Positions 61,862 through 64,000 of a stretch of 64,000 bases of DNA are shown in pieces. Position numbers and translations under genes: made by a program. Source of the DNA: Candidatus Limnocylindria bacterium (GTDB taxonomy: Bacteria > Chloroflexota > Limnocylindria > QHBO01); contig DASTTX010000160.1 in assembly GCA_035759945.1 (NCBI GenBank), forward strand, positions 22,004 through 86,003, read 5' to 3'. Within the stretch, counting starts at the first letter, position 1. The number at the start of each line of letters is the position of its first letter. The notes under the pieces are model-generated. The model saw nothing but the letters and a program-made list of their open reading frames with translations, ran no database searches and was not told the DNA's origin.

Positions 61862-63838
61862 ATGACCGACGCCAGTCCTCGATCCCTCGTTCGCGCCCAG
61901 GTGGCGCTGGAGTCATTCCGGCTCACTCCCGACGGCAGAAATGTGGTCTACGCACTGCGACGCGTGCGTCGCGCCGAGTACGAGTCGCACCTCTGGATTC
62001 GACCGTACCGAGGTGGACGGCCGCGACAGCTGACCCGCGGACGCGTGCGCGACGGGTCACCCGAAGTCTCGCCGGATGGCCGCCTGCTCGCGTTCGTCCG
62101 TACGCCCGTCGGCGACCCGGATGGGCACGGTCAGGTCTGGATCCTGCCGCTCGACGGTGGCGAGCCATGGCGGCTCACGTCGCTCCCGCACGGTGCATCG
62201 AGCGCCCTCTGGAGCCCGGATGGTCGACGTCTGGCGATGGTGGCACCGGGTGGTTCGCAGCGGTTCATCATCGGGGAGGAGCGAAAGGACCGGCCACCGA
62301 CCGCGCGCCGGCTCACGCGCCTCGACTTCCGTGACGATGAGAGCGGCCACGTCGGCCGTCGCGCCCACCTGTGGGTCGTCGACGCCCGGGAGGGGGCGCA
62401 GCCACGTCAGCTGACGAGCGGCGACTTCGACGTGCTGCATCCGGCCTGGTCGCCCGACGGCCGCCGCATCGCGTTCGCCGCCGACCGCGGGCCGGATGCC
62501 AACATCGATCCCCGCCTCCAGCTGTGGTCGGTCGGGACGGACGCCCGTTCCCCGCGCGTCCGCGAGCTCGTCAGCCTGCGCGGCGACGCCGATCGCCCGG
62601 CCTTCTCGCCAGACGGACGCCGGCTCGCGTTCGTCGGCATCGACGTCACCGATCCGCCGGACCATGTCGATCCCTCGCTGTGGGTGATGGAGCTCCCGTC
62701 CGGCGAGCCGCGCAATCTGACCGCCGATCTCGATCGCCCCGTCGGCGACTGGGCGTGGTGCGACCTGGTGATGGCCGAGGACGCCTCGGGCCCGGTCTGG
62801 CTGGACGACGCCACGCTGGCCGTCATCGTCGGCCGCGAGGGCCGCGGCATCCCGTACCGCGTGAGCCTGGACGGTCGCGCCGAGCCGATGGTCGATCCGG
62901 CTGCGCAGCTGGCCACTGCCGGACTTGCTGCCACATCCGGCCAGGTGGCCGTCAGCGCGGGCATGGCGGGGCGCCCCGGCGAGGTCCTCGCGATCGAGGG
63001 CGGGCGGCTGCGACCGATCACGCGGGAGGGTTCGGCGTGGTCGCGACGCTTCCCGGCGGTCGAGCTCAGCGAGGTGACCCTGGATGGTCCTGGCGGCCCG
63101 ATCCAGGCCTGGCTGGCGTCGCCCGGGAACGCCGGCCGTCGTCGCCTGCCGACGGTGCTCCACATCCACGGCGGTCCGACGGGCTCCTGGGGACCCGGAG
63201 GCACGCTCGACGCAATGGCACTGTGCGCCGCCGGCTACCGGGTGCTCATGCCGAACATCCGCGGATCGACGACGTTCGGTGCCAACTGGATCAAGCCGTT
63301 GGCCGGCGGCTGGGGCCGCGTCGATGCGGAGGACGCGCTCGCCGCCCTCGACGGCCTGGTCGACCGCGGCCTGGCCGACCCGCGCCGCATCGCCGTCATG
63401 GGCCTGTCGTATGGCGGCTTCCTGACCCAGTGGCTCATCGGCGTCAGCGGCCGCTTCGCGGCGGCCTGCAGCGAGAACGGCGTCGCGAACCAGGTCTCGA
63501 CCTGGGCGAACTCGTTCTTCGGCGTGCACTACAACCGACGCGCGTCCCTGGGTGATCCCCTCTCGGAGGACGGCATGCTCCGCCTGTGGCGATCGTCGCC
63601 GCTGCGGAACGCGGCGAACGTCACCACACCGCTGCTCATGCTCCAGGCCGAGGAGGATCGCATCTGTCCGCCGGCGGACAACGAGCAGCTGTTCACCGCA
63701 CTCAAGGTCCTCGGCCGCGAGGTGGAATACATCCTCTATCCCGAGGAGCACCACGAGATGAAGTCGTACGGCCGGCCCGACCGCCGCATCGATCGCATCG
63801 AGCGGATCCTCGCCTGGTTCGACCGATACGTGCGCTAG
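61862..63838 (+). CDS. S9 family serine peptidase, second copy (acylaminoacyl-peptidase/prolyl-oligopeptidase-like) with N-terminal beta-propeller
   Basis: ATG at 61862 (MTDASPRSL). Propeller repeats (SPDGRRLAF x3), catalytic GxSxGG (MGLSYGGFLT), a downstream Asp (EEDRICPP) and His (EEHHE). Confidence 0.85.
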   Translation: MTDASPRSLVRAQVALESFRLTPDGRNVVYALRRVRRAEYESHLWIRPYRGGRPRQLTRGRVRDGSPEVSPDGRLLAFVRTPVGDPDGHGQVWILPLDGGEPWRLTSLPHGASSALWSPDGRRLAMVAPGGSQRFIIGEERKDRPPTARRLTRLDFRDDESGHVGRRAHLWVVDAREGAQPRQLTSGDFDVLHPAWSPDGRRIAFAADRGPDANIDPRLQLWSVGTDARSPRVRELVSLRGDADRPAFSPDGRRLAFVGIDVTDPPDHVDPSLWVMELPSGEPRNLTADLDRPVGDWAWCDLVMAEDASGPVWLDDATLAVIVGREGRGIPYRVSLDGRAEPMVDPAAQLATAGLAATSGQVAVSAGMAGRPGEVLAIEGGRLRPITREGSAWSRRFPAVELSEVTLDGPGGPIQAWLASPGNAGRRRLPTVLHIHGGPTGSWGPGGTLDAMALCAAGYRVLMPNIRGSTTFGANWIKPLAGGWGRVDAEDALAALDGLVDRGLADPRRIAVMGLSYGGFLTQWLIGVSGRFAAACSENGVANQVSTWANSFFGVHYNRRASLGDPLSEDGMLRLWRSSPLRNAANVTTPLLMLQAEEDRICPPADNEQLFTALKVLGREVEYILYPEEHHEMKSYGRPDRRIDRIERILAWFDRYVR

Positions 63839-63842
63839 CGGC

Positions 63843-64000
63843 TCACGCCATCGGCGATTTCCGGCTGAGCCGGTCCGCCAGCCCGCCGATGGTCAGCGCC
63901 AGCCCGAGCGCCAGGATGCCGATGGCGGCAACCACCCTGAACGCCTCGCCGCCGAAGGCGGTCGCGAACACGAGGTAGGCAACCACTCCCCCGGCGGCGA
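63843..64000 (-). CDS. Partial (5' beyond window) CDS, C-terminus of a membrane protein
   Basis: Manual reverse translation gives ...AAGGVVAYLVFATAFGGEAFRVVAAIGILALGLALTIGGLADRLSRKSPMA* ending with TGA at 63845..63843. GC3-rich codons. Confidence 0.4.
   Translation of the reverse strand, partial: AAGGVVAYLVFATAFGGEAFRVVAAIGILALGLALTIGGLADRLSRKSPMA

Noticed and set aside
62057-63754. 565-aa minus-strand ORF
   Set aside because: Antisense to the S9 peptidase gene (catalytic GxSxGG and propeller repeats are on the plus strand).
1-64000. tRNA, rRNA, CRISPR arrays, transposases/integrases/IS elements
   Set aside because: Intergenic gaps over 150 bp were inspected by eye. No cloverleaf-compatible sequences, no direct-repeat/spacer arrays and no recombinase-like ORFs were found. 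This looks like a core chromosomal region rather than an accessory island.

Overview
This is a 64-kb, very GC-rich (about 70%) chromosomal segment with roughly 60 tightly packed protein-coding genes, many of them translationally coupled by ATGA/GTGA overlaps. I found no rRNA, tRNA, CRISPR array, transposase or integrase.

The gene content looks actinobacterial: a mycothiol ligase MshC homolog and a soluble acyl-ACP desaturase. Yet the window also encodes a sigma-54 (RpoN) with a C4 zinc-ribbon insertion.

Recognisable blocks:
- rpoN, a histidine phosphatase, lepB, and an ndk / M16 peptidase chain.
- A coaX-coaBC-panC CoA cluster whose PanC homolog carries substitutions at several canonical active-site motifs.
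- Two glutamate dehydrogenase paralogs.
- A fused APH-type kinase / class-III aminotransferase.
- A short-chain acyl-CoA cluster: thiolase, fadD, acyl-CoA dehydrogenase, hbd, meaB, and a B12-binding small subunit. The matching isobutyryl-CoA-mutase-type large subunit (Phe/Gln specificity signature) sits about 20 kb away.
- PCD-folE pterin genes, a PAP2 phosphatase next to a GT-C-like membrane protein, and an OpuC-like betaine ABC importer.
- A cell-envelope cluster (DUF1684, Zn-ribbon protein, RlpA-like, TPM/DUF2207, RHH-like protein, dodecin).
- PHP and PTE-family hydrolases, two S9 peptidases and one S8 peptidase.
- An ArsR-AHSA1 pair with a perfect palindromic operator, a 5'-3' exonuclease, a SpoIID-like protein, ornithine cyclodeaminase plus an MFS transporter, and a peptide ABC importer with a fused permease-ATPase.

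Non-coding signals:
- Several short AT-rich palindromes sharing a (G/C)GT(T/A)TATA core.
- A 300-bp intergenic region with four copies of a CCAGTnnAnTGGCGC motif.
- Two GC-rich hairpin terminators.

All functional calls are family-level inferences from motifs read by eye in the translations. Nothing was checked against a database.
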